Below, in pieces: positions 25,109 to 41,270 of a stretch of DNA of 64,000 nucleotides. Location of the stretch: assembly GCA_001179505.1 (NCBI GenBank), contig CDMY01000445.1, forward strand, positions 1 through 64,000, given 5' to 3'. The number at the start of each line of letters is the position of its first letter. The first letter of the stretch is position 1. Position numbers and translations under genes: made by a program. Under the pieces are notes generated by a model. It was not told the origin of the DNA. It searched no databases and worked only from the letters and a program-made list of their open reading frames with translations. This stretch comes from Vitrella brassicaformis CCMP3155 (taxonomy: Eukaryota > Protista > Chromerida).

Positions 25109-26273
25109 ATGGCGGCCCGCACATGGATGACGACGCGCCAGCCGTGGGAACGCAAGATCATGACGCGCACGACCCACCTGATCCTCTTCCGACCCCCCAT
25201 CCCCATCTGGCGGCCCCGCAAAAACCTCCTCTCGCCCCCGCCCATCCAGGTGTCGCGACGGAAGGGCATCCCGCTCCTGGACAAGCACTACGATCCGCTC
25301 AAGAAAAAGAAGGTGGGCGGCTTCCGCAAGTACCGCCCGCCGCCCAAGCCGCGGCCGCCAATACGGCGCGACTACAACCCTGGTGACTGCCATGAGATGC
25401 TCGGCAAGTTCCGATTTGAGGCTCAGGGGACCTTCCCTGGTGAGTTGAGTGGGACTAGGCTATGGGGACTGGGCTGACGCAAACGACACACGGGATGGAT
25501 GTTTTGTGTGTTGTGTTCTTCAGAGAGTGGTCAGCTGTTTATGGATGATTTCCGGCGGCGTGCGAGGGAGCTGTACCTGAGGGGATGGATCAAGGGCAGA
25601 TCCGCATTCGCCATCGGATGTGTAAGTGCGTTGAAATGACGGGTGACGGCAGCACAGCATCCATGGTCTGTGTCTGATATGTTCGTGTGTCTGCAGGTCC
25701 AGGGTGACGTGTACGCGCTTTCGCACCTGTAAGTAGGCCACGCACACATGCATCGAGCCCGCCGATGGACGCTGTCTGTTGATCCATCCATCCATCCATC
25801 CATCCATCCAATCGTCCCTTCCTTGCTGCTGTGTGGTGTGTCGTGTGTCAGCCGTCGCTGGCTGGAGGATCGATACAGTCCCCACGCCAACATCGCGTCA
25901 CTCAAGATACTCGACGAGAGCTTCGGCATTCCCGAACTCGAATACAAGTAGCTAACTGACACACCACACAGACACACAGAACATGACGACCGCCACTCGC
26001 CGCTTACGCGTGTGCGTGTGTGTTCAGGGTGCCGTATGTGTTTGCGGATCGCGATCTGCGAAAGCCCAAGAACGTCGAAAGACACCTCGAGGAGGTCTGT
26101 GACTCACTCGTACTCACACGAGGATGCCGAATGTGTGGATGTATGTGTGTGTGTGTGTGTATGTCAATCAGCGTCGTTCTCGCGTCCGTCTGCGCAAGAT
26201 GGTGGAGGAGAGCCACGAGCGGCAGAACGAGATCGAGAAATTCGTTGAGTCACACTGCGTCAGAACCTGGTGA
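25109..26273 (+). CDS. Acylphosphatase-fold-like protein with basic N-terminal extension
   Basis: Spliced core FRFEAQGTFP|ESGQLFMDDFRRRARELYLRGWIKGRSAFAIGC|VQGDVYALSHL|RRWLEDRYSPHANIASLKILDESFGIPELEYK follows the acylphosphatase pattern (ARELGLTGWVRN...QG...LEWL...P.A.V). The 3' end is uncertain. Confidence 0.6.
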
Positions 26274-27146
26274 AGCTGCGTCGTGTGTGCCGCCTCGTCA
26301 CTTCGCTTTGGCTTTCGACTTGCGCTGCGATGTCTCCCGGTGAGCACCATCAGTCCTAGTGCTTTGCTGGCGGGTGTCACGGAGCAGTGGATGAGGCGGA
26401 AGACACCTGCTACTGCCATGCAGGCGCATGTTAGAGCCGCAGTGTGTGTATGTGGAGGAGTGGTTGAGTGATGACGATGACATGGGTGTGGGTGTGCGTA
26501 TGTGCACAGCTGTACAGGTAGGTAAGTGGACCGACCGTTTTGTGTGTATTGTATGCATGGACAACTGACTGCAGGGGTGCAAGGGCATGTGCTGGAAGGA
26601 ATGCCAGCCAGCAGCCGGTTGTTTGGGTCTCTGACGTCTCTTCTGTTGTTTGTGACCCAAACACCAGAAGAAATGACAGAGACCCAAACAACCAGCCAGA
26701 CATCCATTTCCCTCTATTGATGTTTACGTAAGCAGTCTCACGTCATCTGGTAATCCTTCCACCTTGCTCGATCACAACTCATTCATTCGTCATGGAAAAT
26801 TGTCAGCTGGAACACAAAAATGCCGGAGACGTGCAGGCGCACACAGACACGAACGACACGAGTTCATCAACCACATGCACGTGACAGTTTTAGGCCGTGG
26901 TTGCTGTCGTAACCCCTCCGCAACGTGGGAGACGCCATTCGACCGACAGCCACGCCACGTGACAGCTGGTGAGCGACGGCGGAAACCACACGGACTGACC
27001 TATCGGTAGGTACACTTGCTATATATGCTATCTATCTGAAGCAAATAGCACGGCTGCGTGGCATGCCACGCAGCAGCAGCTCCTTTGAGAGCTGAGCTGC
27101 GGGGAAACAAGGTCGTGTGCATGAATGAACCGGCAGCTAAGACGCG

Positions 27147-29716
<2,570 letters not shown>

Positions 29717-29799
29717 GAATCAAAGACTCATGGTGGCCATCCTTGCAGATGTGAGAACTAGCCAGATCTGCGATATCTGCAGCGACTGCGGCTCAAAAA

Positions 29800-29809
29800 T
29801 GCGAGCTCA
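29800..29809 (+). promoter_or_regulatory. Recurrent upstream motif TGCGAGCTCA (HPPK-DHPS/WDR12 gap)
   Basis: Lies mid-way in the 177-bp divergent gap; CAGATCT at 29763. Confidence 0.6.
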
Positions 29810-29893
29810 AAGGGTGGCTACACCCACTCTACACACCAGCAGCAGGAGCAGCCCGGACAGCTGCATCATTCATCGCGAATCTGCGTGAGATCC

Positions 29894-32238
29894 ATGGATC
29901 TGTCCGAAGATGCACCATCTGCCGAGGGTGGCGGGGCTGCTGTGGCAGTTGCCATGGCCTCGGAGGTATCCGTGTACTTCACGACCAAGTTGCCGGATGA
30001 GTTCCGCGTGGCGCCTGATCCATTCCTGGTGCCAACCAAACTGGCGAGATACGGACTATCGGAGGTGAGGGATGATGGAGGGAGGGATGCACGATGTCGT
30101 CGATGTCGTCCGTGTTTTGCTGCATGCTGTGCTTCTATCTATCTTAAGGTGATCAATCATCTGCTGGGTCTGGATCCCCCGCGGCCGTTTGACTTTCTCG
30201 TCGATGATGAGTTCCTCAGGACCTCACTCGCCAAGTGAGTCAAGTGAACACACTCTCTCGTCGCTGCTCTCCACGGCCGCCTCTTCCTTTGCCTGTCTGT
30301 GTGGGTTTGATTCAGGTATATGGTTGATCATGGTTTGACCAGTGAGAGGACGCTCACAATCGAGTACACGCATGCACTGGGGAGGCCGTCCACACGCGAC
30401 ATCGACAAGCAGCCCGACTGGATCGCCGACCTCACCACCACACACCTCACAGGCGACACCGCGTTGCTTATCAGCGGCTCCTATGACGGCGTGGCCCGTT
30501 TCCATGTCATGTCATCCTCTGCGGGCGACCCCTCGCCAACCCCGGCCGCCAAGGGCGCCCTCACTGTGTCATCGGAGGCGTGCATCGTGGCGGTGGACAG
30601 CTGGTCGGGCGAGGCGGCCGATGGGTCGCCCATCGAGCTGGCCGCTGCACTCAAGAACGGCGAGGTGCGGTGGCTGTGTGTCGACCCGAATGCCGTTGAG
30701 AGCGTGGAGGAGCATGTGGGCCGAGGGTGAGACCACCAAGACCATGGATATACATCACACACTTGTCTGTCTCTTTCCGACTCTGCGGTGCGATCGATGT
30801 GCATCAATCAGTATGTATGTATGTTTCGGTGTGTTAGGCACATGGAGAGCGTTGAGTGCGTGTCCATCAGCGCCGATGGAGCACACATAGCCACCGGGGG
30901 CTGGGACAACAGTGTCATCGTGTGGGACAACGTAAGTAACCCTGCAGACAGACACGAATCTATCTATCTGGGACAGAATGGGATGGGATGGAATCATGTC
31001 GTTCGTGCCATCCATCGGTCAGACATCTGCGGTGGAGTCCCTACGCGCGAATATCAAGGCCGCATTGGGCAAGAGGTGAGTGAGTGACGCCACACAGGGG
31101 GGATCCACCAAAGAGTCACGTCACGAGGCACGGTGCATGTGCATGTGCATGTGGTGTGTCAGGTCAGCGTCAGAGACGTCGCACAGCCCCAAGTTCACCC
31201 TCAAGGGCCACACACAGACAGTGCAGGACGTATGCTGGCCGCAAGCACCCGGTGCATTCCAGCTTTTCAGGTATCAATCACACGGCAGCACTACTTGTGC
31301 TTGAATCTGATGTTTCATTGTTGTGCTGATGACATCTTTTAGCGCCTCGTTCGACCAGACAGTCCGTGTGTGGGACACCGTGGCGGCAATGCCCGTCTGC
31401 ACATTCCCATGCGCTAAGGTGGGCGAGTAACGTGACTTACATGCCACCCGTATGGTGTCTGTCCGTTCTGTGTGTGCGTGTGTGTTTCAGGCGGCCAACA
31501 GCTTGAGTGTGAGCCCCAGTGGTCAAGAGCTGTGCACGGCGCATGAGGACGGGTGAGCAGCCGAGACACAGACGTGCCAGTGCAGATGCGACATTGGCCG
31601 TTTGTTTTATCAGGCGTGTGAGGGTGTGGGACATCCGGGGAGGCAATAGACCAGCAGGTGAGGGCGGGGGAGGGGGCGGCGAACAGACAGGGTGCCACCA
31701 GCATGGAAGGAGGCACGCCTTTGGCTTGATCTGCAGGTTCGTCCTCATCGAGTGCTTCGTCTGCCGTGAAGGTTGATGCATCGAGTGCTCTCGCACTCAC
31801 ACACACTTACACCGTCCACAGAAGGTACTTACTGATGTAGTGCACACACATACACACATACACGCCATGTGTTGATCGATGCTCAAGTGAGATGGGTGTC
31901 GGCGTGTGTGTGTGTGCAGGATGGTTCCGCAGGCCCGTTGGAATCCTTATGAGCCCCACTGGATCGCCTCGGTGTCGCACGATGGATGCCTCAAAATCCT
32001 CGACACGAGAGCTACCAAACTCCCGCTGCAGACGGTAAGTAAAAAATCGCGGTACACCGTGCCATGCGTGTATTGACGTGCCCTCAATTCTTCATAGGTG
32101 TCTCTTGAGGGATGCAAGCTGCTGACGGTTGTGTGGGTGAGCCGGAGTGTGTGCGCGACGGGTGGGTCGGACGGTGTGCTGAGGCTGCATGAGCTGCAAC
32201 ACGCGGGGGGGGCCGTCAACCAGCAGGACGACGAGTGA
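29894..32238 (+). CDS. WDR12: Ribosome biogenesis WD40 protein WDR12/YTM1
   Basis: NLE domain (VPTKLARYGLSE|VINHLLGLDPPRPFDFLVDDEFLRTSL) followed by WD40 repeats (SGSYDG, ATGGWDNSVIVW, LKGHTQTV, SASFDQTVRVWD, SVSHDGCLKILDTR, ATGGSDGVLRL). Confidence 0.92.
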
Positions 32239-32716
32239 GAGAGCGAGGCGTGCCGTGTGTTGCTCTTGTTCCGAGAGGGATAGAGCGATGGGTCGTGAAC
32301 GTGTCGATAGCTGGCTATACATGGATCTGACCAACTGATCGAGACATTCATCACATTCATGGACGAACGAGCACAGCACGGGGGGCCAAAAATTTATGCT
32401 CTCTCCAGCCGCGTCAGTTGGTTAAAGTCCATCGACACAGTAGCTAGCTAAGGCTCTATGGGCACACACAGAGAGAAAGAGATACATTCTGTTCTATAGA
32501 CACACTGCCGTCGCATCGCGAACGCAGAGAACGCTCTCAAGGACTCACATCACATACACACAGAAGGATGCAACTGCTACCCATATTGTTTAGAGACACA
32601 CAGGCAGACATCACCTCTCTGTAAACCACACACAAGTCTTCTCACCGGCGCTTCATCACTCTACTCAATAAAATCCGTTCGCACCTTCATTGACTGGCTA
32701 ACGCGCCCTTCCAGAG

Positions 32717-35700
32717 TCACGATGCAGCCGCTTCATCGAGCAGCTTGCCGAGTGCCTCTTGGCTGCCGAGTGTGCCATCTGAAGGCACCAGCTGCCGCGT
32801 GATCCGGCCCTTGTGCATCACCAAAACACGGTCACAGCCCCTGCATACGCCACAAACGCACAGAGACAACGACGAATGAGCACCTGGATACGTGGATGTG
32901 GGCAGTGGGGCAACGGGTACGAACCTGATGGAAGCCGCATGGTGTGCGACGATCAAGGCGGCGCAGTGGGGCAGCACCTTCCGCAGCGTCACGTGCAGGG
33001 GCGGCGCACCGCTGTCGTCAGCCGCACTGCCGGCGCCTTCATGTTCGGGAGGGGGCGGCTCGTCGATGACCAGTAGCTGCAGGTTGGCCCCCGGTGCCTT
33101 GGCCTGCAGCAGCAGTCTCGCCACCGCCAGCTGCTGCAGCTGACCCACCGACAGGCTGTTCGATGCGCCGTTGGTGTCACCCCCGTCGGTCCCCTCATCC
33201 CTCCTGGCTGTCATGCCGCCAGATGGAGCGACCACAAGGTCCAGCCCGGGGCGTGTCCGGGCGTCCTCCTTGGGCAGTATGGGGATGGTGACGTCATCAC
33301 TGTCGTCGGGACATGCACCCGACGAGTCGCGGAGGGGGGCTGGCGAGTTGGGCAGAGGGGCTGGAGGGGAGTAGAGGGCGGTGAGCGTCGGCCCCAGGCC
33401 GCAGAGATCGAGCGCCTCCCATATCGTCGCATCGTTGAAGTAGTCCTAAGGAGGAAGGAGAGGGGAAAATTGCAGATGTTCAACGATGCGTTCCCACTCA
33501 GTGGATGACTGACCTCTGGGTCGAGAAGCTCTCGCACAGTCCAGTCCTTGAGCACCACGGGAAACTGAACAGTGAGCCAACACAAGCAGCCGCCAGGTCC
33601 GTGCATCTCGCCTACCCCAGGCATCCACCCCTCTCTCTGCTCCACCTACCTGGGGGAGGACGCCGACAACCCTCCGGAACTCGTCATCGGCCATATCCTG
33701 GGCCTCCCTCCCGGCAATCAGTAACCGCCCGTGGCTCAGCTCCACTTGCCGCAAAACAGACAAGAGCAGCGTGCTCTTGCCTGCCCCAGTTCTCCCAACC
33801 ACACCGACATGCTCGCCGGGAGCCAGCGAGAGCGATATGTCACGCAACGCGGGGGGCACTCCGGCACGGTAGCGCACCTCCACTTTGTCGAGGACCAGGG
33901 CAGGTGCGCCGGGTCGGGGCGGCAGAGCTGCCCGTGCCTCCCGCTGCTGCTGCTGTCGTCTTCGTGTCCGGCGCGCTGACGGGGTGGACGATTCCTCGGG
34001 GTCGAGCTTGACGTACTCCTGATGGACGACGGACAGCGACAGCTTGTGTAAGGAATGAGAAGGTGAAGGTGAGGGAGATGTCTCGTTCCTGACCTGAATG
34101 CGTTCGACGGAAACGAAGTTGATCTCCAACATGATGATGAAGAAAAGGAAGCCGCCGATCAAGTCCCGCAGGTCCATGGCATACTGCAGCGAGAGGCCGA
34201 ACAGCGTGGCGTTGCCCCGCAACTCCTCCCCTGACAGCGGTGTGGCTCTCGGACCCCTGACAGCCAGGCCCAACAGCGGACCGAGCGTCGTAATCGTGAA
34301 GAGGGCGAAGCCAAGCAGTTGCAGCCGCAGCTTCATCCACTGAAACGCCCTGAGGAATGTGAGGGGGACAGTGAGTGGCTGGACCAGACTTCTGCATGGA
34401 GTTCGCTTACGAATAAGAGACGAGCCGGCGGCGGCCGTACATGTTGATGTGACGCAAGTTCTCGCCGATAAAGGCACCCTACCAACCAAGACAGCCACAT
34501 CCCTTGCTACGCTTTTCCTCCGCCCCAGCAAGTCTTCTACCCACCTGTTGCTTGAATGCTCGAATGATGGGTGCACCGGCCATGGTCTGGTTAAAGTGCG
34601 AGAAGACCTTAGAGAGGCACTGCATTTTCTTGCGCTCCATCTCCCGTTGCGCCTCCTGGTTCGGCCACGCCACGTACACGAGGAACGGCACGTAGATGAC
34701 CGGCACAAATAAGAAGGCCACGGGGGCCGTATACAGCAGCATGCCGGCCGTGAACAGGAGCCTCGCGCTGGAGCCGAGAACGATCCCGAAATATGCCATG
34801 AGCTGGTCGTCCACCTTCCACATGTCGCCGGCGATGCGGGTAAGGACGCGGCCGAGCGGGTTGGCATCGAACCACCTCAGCGGCACGCGCAGCAGGAGGC
34901 TCTTGACCAGCTTGTTGTGGATGGACGACGACGCCTTCATCGATCCAATCGTCTCCCCCAGACACTCAACCAAACCCCAGCCGATCAGGGCGAGCAGGAA
35001 GATCATGTACGTGCGGAGACAGGCCACTTGCGTGAGGACGTCGGTCTCGCCCTTCTCCGTCCACCGCTTGAAGTATATCTTGCCACCCTCCCGTCCAATC
35101 TCCTTCCCCACAACCGCCAAACCGATGAGCACAGCCAGCAGCACACCGGCATGCTGCACGTACCTGAACAACAAGGCCGAAGAAGGAAATGCAAGTGAAG
35201 TGGCTGCCTTCTTCTCTTCTTTCCAATCGACTGACCATGCGTACGTCGACAGGGACACTGACCCTTGCTTGGTCTTCTCCTCTTCGAAAAGGGCTCCTGT
35301 CCTCTGGTTCTGGCCAGTCTCGCCGACGCCTCGGTACCCGCCCATATCTTGCACCGCCTCCCAGGGCTGCTCCCAGTCATTCACCGCAACGCATTGCAGC
35401 ATAGAATGTCGCTCCTCTATCGAGGATGGCACCGACCGTGGCGTGAGGGGAGTCGACGGCTCACCGCGTCCTTCTGACATGGGTAACCCGCCGCCGATCC
35501 TGGTCAAAGCAGCATGTGATGCCTCCTCTGCCCTTTCCGAGTCTGCTGCTGCTGCTGCTGCTGCCTCGCTGGGAAGAGATGCGACACGTCCGCTGAATAG
35601 TGCCGTCAAAGGGTGACTCGGGTCGGCAAGTGACAGCTGCTGGGCCACCTCGTCCACTTTGCCTTCCCAGGCCACGCGACCCCGGTACATCAGCACCACT

Positions 35701-38419
35701 CGGACGGGCAGGGACACAGCAGCAGCAGCAGCACCAGCGTCACTGCCCTGCGGCTGCATGGACTCACTCAGGAGGGTCTGGAATGTGATGGGCTGGAGAC
35801 ACAGAACCGTCGCAGCACCAGACAGCAGGCCGTCGGCAGCGGTGAGTTGCTTCCATATCTGCTGCCCCACTCGCGGATCGAGAGATGCGAATGGGTCGTC
35901 GAGGAGGAAAAGGTCGGTGTCGTTAGATGGGTTGTAGAGGGCGCGGGCCAGGGTCAGGCGCTGACGCTGCCCCCCCGACAACACATGGCCGCCCTCGTTG
36001 ACCTCCGTCACGTCACCTGCAGTCGAACAATGAACGATGCGACAGAAGGAGGCATGCGTGAGATGTGTGGGTCCTCACCGTGTGGCCAAGCGTCGATGTC
36101 CAGACAGAGTTGACAAGCCTCCACCACCCTGTCGTAGGCCTTCTGGTCATAGTCCCGACCGAAAAGAATAGTCGATCGGACCTCGCCTTGAGGGATCCAC
36201 GGCACCTGAGTCGACCACCCGATGGTCAGCTGCTCTGCGGCCGAAGAAGACGAAGCACGCGCCGCTAAGACCCCTCCGCTTGGGTAAGTGTCAACAGTCC
36301 CCCGCAGGAGCTTCATGTCACCCAATAGAGCACTCAGCAGGGAGCTCTTCCCCGCGCCCCTCGCCCCCAGCAGAACCACGATCTCGTTCCTCTGCAGCCG
36401 CAGTGAGATGTCCTTGAGACGGAAGCCTTCCGTGCTTCCGTCGCCCCGCCAGCTGAACGTTGCCTTTCTGGCACACAGGACGTCGGCATCATCGATATGA
36501 GACGATTGCGCGAACGAGCCGCCGCTGTCTACATGAGAAAGCGATGGTGATGAAACTGGCGATGGGCCGATGACAACTGGTGTGGTCAGGGGCGTGGCGC
36601 CAGCCGCTGGGGCGTGCGAGAGAGCAAGGAAGTCCTGCAGGCGCTGGAGCGAGACGCTGGCCTCGAAAGCATATTTGAGGATGAAGGGCAGCCATCCCAA
36701 CGCTCCCCCGACTTCCTGCATGATCTGTTGGACGGTGATGAGCATCGATGAGCTCACGCCGAACGGCTTACCCTGATGCAGGCCGACAAATAGAGGGAAT
36801 GCGTGTGGCAAGCACAGATAGAGTGTCTTGAGTGTCTTGCTGTTGTGCTGACCTCTTGTGCCTGTTCGAGGACGTAAGTTGCGAAGAATACATAGAGGGC
36901 CATGCTGACCATGATGCCCTCACAGAACCAGGCGAGTCTGTTGCAAGCCAGCCGGGCCGTCGTGGCCGACACCTCGGGTATCCGCACCTTGCGAATCCTA
37001 ACGATCACCGGCTCCATAAAGTTGATGATGCGCAAAGTCCGGATCTCCGTCAAAGCCTCGTTCCACAACTCAGTGCGCTTATCCTTCGACAGCTGCACAA
37101 ACACATAGCATACGCACACACATGAACAATGGCCAATAGATACAGCTTCGAAGTGTACGCATGAGTGTGTCTGGCCGCTGACCATCATAGGCTTCCTCAG
37201 GGCGGCGCTGATGGCGCACAGGATGAAAACGATGACAATCATGGCCAGAACGGTGACGAGCGGAGCGATGGTCGATGACCTCCCTCCCCCTTCGCGCGAC
37301 AGCAGCCAGAAGGAGAAGCCAAGTTTGAGTGGAAGCAACAGACACGTCAGCGCTCCGTCTGTGAGCCACTGGAGAGGGTCCAGGTCGTTCGTTATGAGGG
37401 TATAAAGGCTCGCGCGTTCCCCCTTGCCGTCCGTACCGGTGCCCTCTCGCTCGTCAGTGGGTCGGTTGCTGGCCTTGCCGGTCGTGTCGAGGCCACGGTG
37501 GAAGATGGTGGTGATGAGGCTCTGGCTCAGCCGCAAGTAGAGCCGCCACGTCATGAAGTCAAAGTGCACGTGCGTGAGGATCTTCAGGAGGCTCAGGACA
37601 AGCAACATGAGACGAGAGCCAAACTCTGCAGAATGAATGAGTCAGTCAGTCAATAATAATGAACGAATCAATCCGACGGATTGATTGCCTGTCGTGACAG
37701 CCAGCCACTCAATCAGTGACTGACTGACTGACTCACTCACTCACTCACCGTTGAGCAGCTCAGCGTTTGTGTGGCCCTGTGCTGATTCAGCAAAGCCCAC
37801 AACATTCTTGAGCTTGTATATGTACATGAGACCACATGCGTCGTTGAGCACACGGAGAGCCAAGCACTGCAGCAGGGGCACCCAGAAGGTCCGCATCAGC
37901 ACTGGGAGAACCCGAGGCCGGCGGCCCTTCTCCTCTGCTCGCGCCTGCTCACGAGAGAGCTGATGCTGCATGACATGTCACGTACAATCGGAGCGGCAAT
38001 AGTGAAGCAACGGACAGTGCTACAGTGTGCGCATGTTGTCTTTCGCTCACTCACCTCGAGTCTGTCCGCCCAGAGGAAGGGTGCATCGCAGTCAGACAGG
38101 TGTGGCACCACCTCGGTAGTGTCATCGCCCTTGGACGTCTTTGCCCACCTCAGCGAAGCAGACTGAGCGGCGAGGTACGGCCCGACCCAACTGATGAAAA
38201 ACACATGCAGGGATGCGTTCAAACTTCACAGCCGTGTTTGCTGTGGGCTTGTGTGTCTGGTGTGTGTGCTAGCCTGATGAACAGCCGGCCGAGGAAGGAC
38301 GCCTCCTGCTCAGGTGCCGACGCCTCGCACAGCTTCTTAGCGCCACGCTGTCTGCCGCTCCCGTCATCAAGCAATGGCTGTCTATCGGCCGCGCCATTCT
38401 TTGTGTTCCGTCGCTGCAT
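32717..38419 (-). CDS. ABC transporter subfamily C (MRP-like), full transporter TMD-NBD-TMD-NBD
   Basis: NBD1: GARGAGKSSLL, LSGGQRQRLTLARALY, LLDDPFASLD. TMD2: WFDANPLGRVLTRIAGD, NFVSVERI. NBD2: GRTGAGKSTLL, LSVGQLQQ, VIDEP. Confidence 0.92.
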
Positions 38420-38799
38420 CAGGACTCAGGTCGTCAAAGAGTTGTCGTGCTTGCCATAAACGATTGTTGGCCTGCTGCACGATGCCTAAGGACTACCAAG
38501 ACAGATCTGCGCGCGCATCGATCCAATTGTCGAGATTCTCGACAGATTAACCACGCGCTTCTCCCCAGCGCCATACAGGCAAAAAGGCCGGCTGCGAGTC
38601 CTCGCTGCGATAATGTGATGAGCAGCCACTAACAACTACAGATCACCGACAAACGCTTTATGTCAACCAAACCAAAAAGCTGTCTGTCTGTCTGATTGTC
38701 CTTGTCGTGCGTGCTGTATGTACACAATCATGATAACACACAGCGCTACGAGCCGTACCGTATGCACATACATACGCATTGCGCCGCACCACACACAGG

Positions 38800-41025
38800 C
38801 TACTCAGGTGCCTCGCTCTTCGAATCATTGCTTGTGGCGTCCCCTCCCCTGCTGCCGCTCGCCCGCTCGCGCGAGAGGCTAAGCTCGGGCAGCTGTATGA
38901 AGGACTGACCCCTGGGGACGCTGTCGCGATGAACCTTGACTTTAGCGCGGCCGACGGTGACCCTCTTGGCCCGCAGCTTCTCCACACACTCCTCAAGGGT
39001 CACTGGCAGCCCCCTGTCCTGCGTACAGTCGCGAACACGCGCCCTCGCCACCTTGTCACCCATCCGAGTCAGCTTCCTGCACACACACACACACACACAC
39101 ACACACGAACGCATGTCACAGGTGGCCCCTTGCCAGCGGTATCTCACTTACTCTCTGGCGATGTCGCCAAGGAAGATGGCGGCGAACAGCACCTTGTCAG
39201 CGCTCGTGGCGTGGTGGTTTCTGGGCGAGCTGCGGAAGTCATGCCGCCGCCCATCGCCGCTGCGTGGGGCCGTTCTCGCCTCCCTCTCGCTCTTGCCGTG
39301 CGCGACAGGGCTCTCGCAGACGTACAGCTCGACGACGGGCGTCTGCCAGGACGTGGGGGCGACCGGAGCTGGTGGGGCGATTGGGGAGAGGAGGTGTGTC
39401 GACGAGGATGAGGGGGAGGCCTCGTCGGCCTCGGGGTCGCTGCCGTGCCGCCGGGCCACGGGTGTGTGTGTCTTAACCGCGTGGTCGAGACGCTGCTGCT
39501 CCAGCCACAGTGCAAGTCGCGCCTGGTTCAGACACGGACCGACACGAAATAAGGGAGGGACCCATGTGTCGACTGGCCGGTTTCTCGCTCACTGGCCTAC
39601 CGGGTCGTCGAGTGCGATGTTCTTGGGGCATTTGAAGATGATGCTGTGGCTGAGCTGCGATGCGCGAGCGGTGACGTCAAACGCACTCTGAACACAGACA
39701 CGACACGCCGCACAGTCCACGCCTTGCGGTGCTTTTCCTTCATCGCCTCAGCGTACCATCTTGCCGTCAGCCATGCGTTCGATCATATACACACACTTGT
39801 CCCTGTAGGCCTTGCCGCCCCACGGCAGGTCCAGGAACACCTACACAAAGAAAATACAGTATCTTCCACCCACCAGTGCTGTGACCGTGCTCCCGTATGA
39901 GCTGGCTGTGTGCCGACCAGGTCGAAGCTCCCGCCGCCGCCCAGCCCCAGACCCTCGAGACGCTCCACCATACGGTTGTAGTCGGCGCAGAAAACCGAGC
40001 ATTTCGAAGAAACGCCTGACAGAGCATATATTCAACGAGTCCACACACGTAGCGCACGCCAGATGAAGCCAGCTCAGCTCCTCCCTCTTGCCGCTGTGCC
40101 GTACCGTAGACGTCGGCATTGGCGTTTGCGTACTCGACGTGCTCTCTCTCGATGTCGCTCGCCACCACATTCATGCCGTGGGCAGCGAAGGCGACCATGT
40201 TGCCACCCGCACCCCCAAAGCCATCATACACCACACCACCGGGAAAGATGTCGGCGCAGTCGCGCGCCATCCTGTCGGCGATGGGCTCGGGCGTGATGGA
40301 ATAGCTGAGCGGCGTACATACACCAACACACAGAAATGATTATTGAGTTGACAATGCGTTGGGGTTACTCACCGCATGACATCGTTGTAGCGCACGCCAT
40401 CCTTCTGGAAGAGCCAGTGGTCGTAGTCCGACTCGTTGATGTCCCTATCGCACTCCACAATCTTCACCACCACCTCACCAGTGACGGCCCCATCGTCTCC
40501 GCCGCCCTCCCGCGCAAGACCGCTGCACCGATCTTCGCTTCTAGAGCAAGATCCGCTCGACCCATCCTCGCAGTCACCTCGGCTGCCGATGTGGATGCTG
40601 TTATTCCGCGAAGGCGCACCCAGCCACTTGGCCTCTCGCAGGATGGGTGAGCTGTCACCCAGATTAGGGAAGTCACATCGCCGCCCTGGCCGTGAAGTGT
40701 TCTGTGGCGTGACAGGCTGCTTCTCTGGGGAGGGCTTCTGTGGGGAGGGAGGAGGGCCTGGCGTACATGAAGCGGCCGGCGCACTCCGCGGAGGTTCGCT
40801 GCTCTTGTTCCACACGTCTTGTAGCGGTGTTGACCATCTCGATGGCGCACTTGCTCGAGTGCCGTCGCTTGCTCCCTCGGCACCTATCAACGTACGGCAA
40901 CAAACAGCCAGATGAGCAAGCGATACCCTCAGCCACGGCTGATTCTGTTTGATGATTTTCTTACCAGTGGTCTCTTTCTTCTTCTGAATGGATGTTCCAG
41001 TGGATGTGTGACGAACACACTCCAT
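38800..41025 (-). CDS. TGS1: Trimethylguanosine synthase (TGS1)-like RNA cap methyltransferase
   Basis: YSITPEPIADRMA, VYDGFGGAGGNMVAFA, VVASDI, VFLDLPWGG, IIFKCPKN, AAIFLGD. A GTAAGT donor at the apparent stop (~39150) splices to a final exon ending SEAPE*. Confidence 0.8.
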
Positions 41026-41077
41026 CACGGACGGACGCGGCCTGTGGCACTTGACACTACCCCATCTTCTCTTTTAC

Positions 41078-41092
41078 TTTTGCGAGCTCAGC
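41078..41092 (+). promoter_or_regulatory. Recurrent upstream motif TTTTGCGAGCTCAGC (TGS1/RING gap)
   Basis: An identical 15-mer occurs at 50345-50359. Confidence 0.6.
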
Positions 41093-41270
41093 GCGAGGGA
41101 GCGGGAGATCATTTTTGGCTTTTAAGGTAACGGAAAGCGACCAGATCGTCTGATCTCGAGTCTAGCGGGAGATCAGTCCGACGGCTGATGCAAGTAGCGG
41201 CTGGACGGACGAGCCGCCTTATTGCCGATGTCTGAGTCGAGGAGTGCACGCCCGTCTGGCGACCACCGGG

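Noticed and set aside
32930-33150. Non-canonical LSVGQ signature in ABCC NBD2
   Set aside because: A degenerate NBD2 signature is the norm for the ABCC family.
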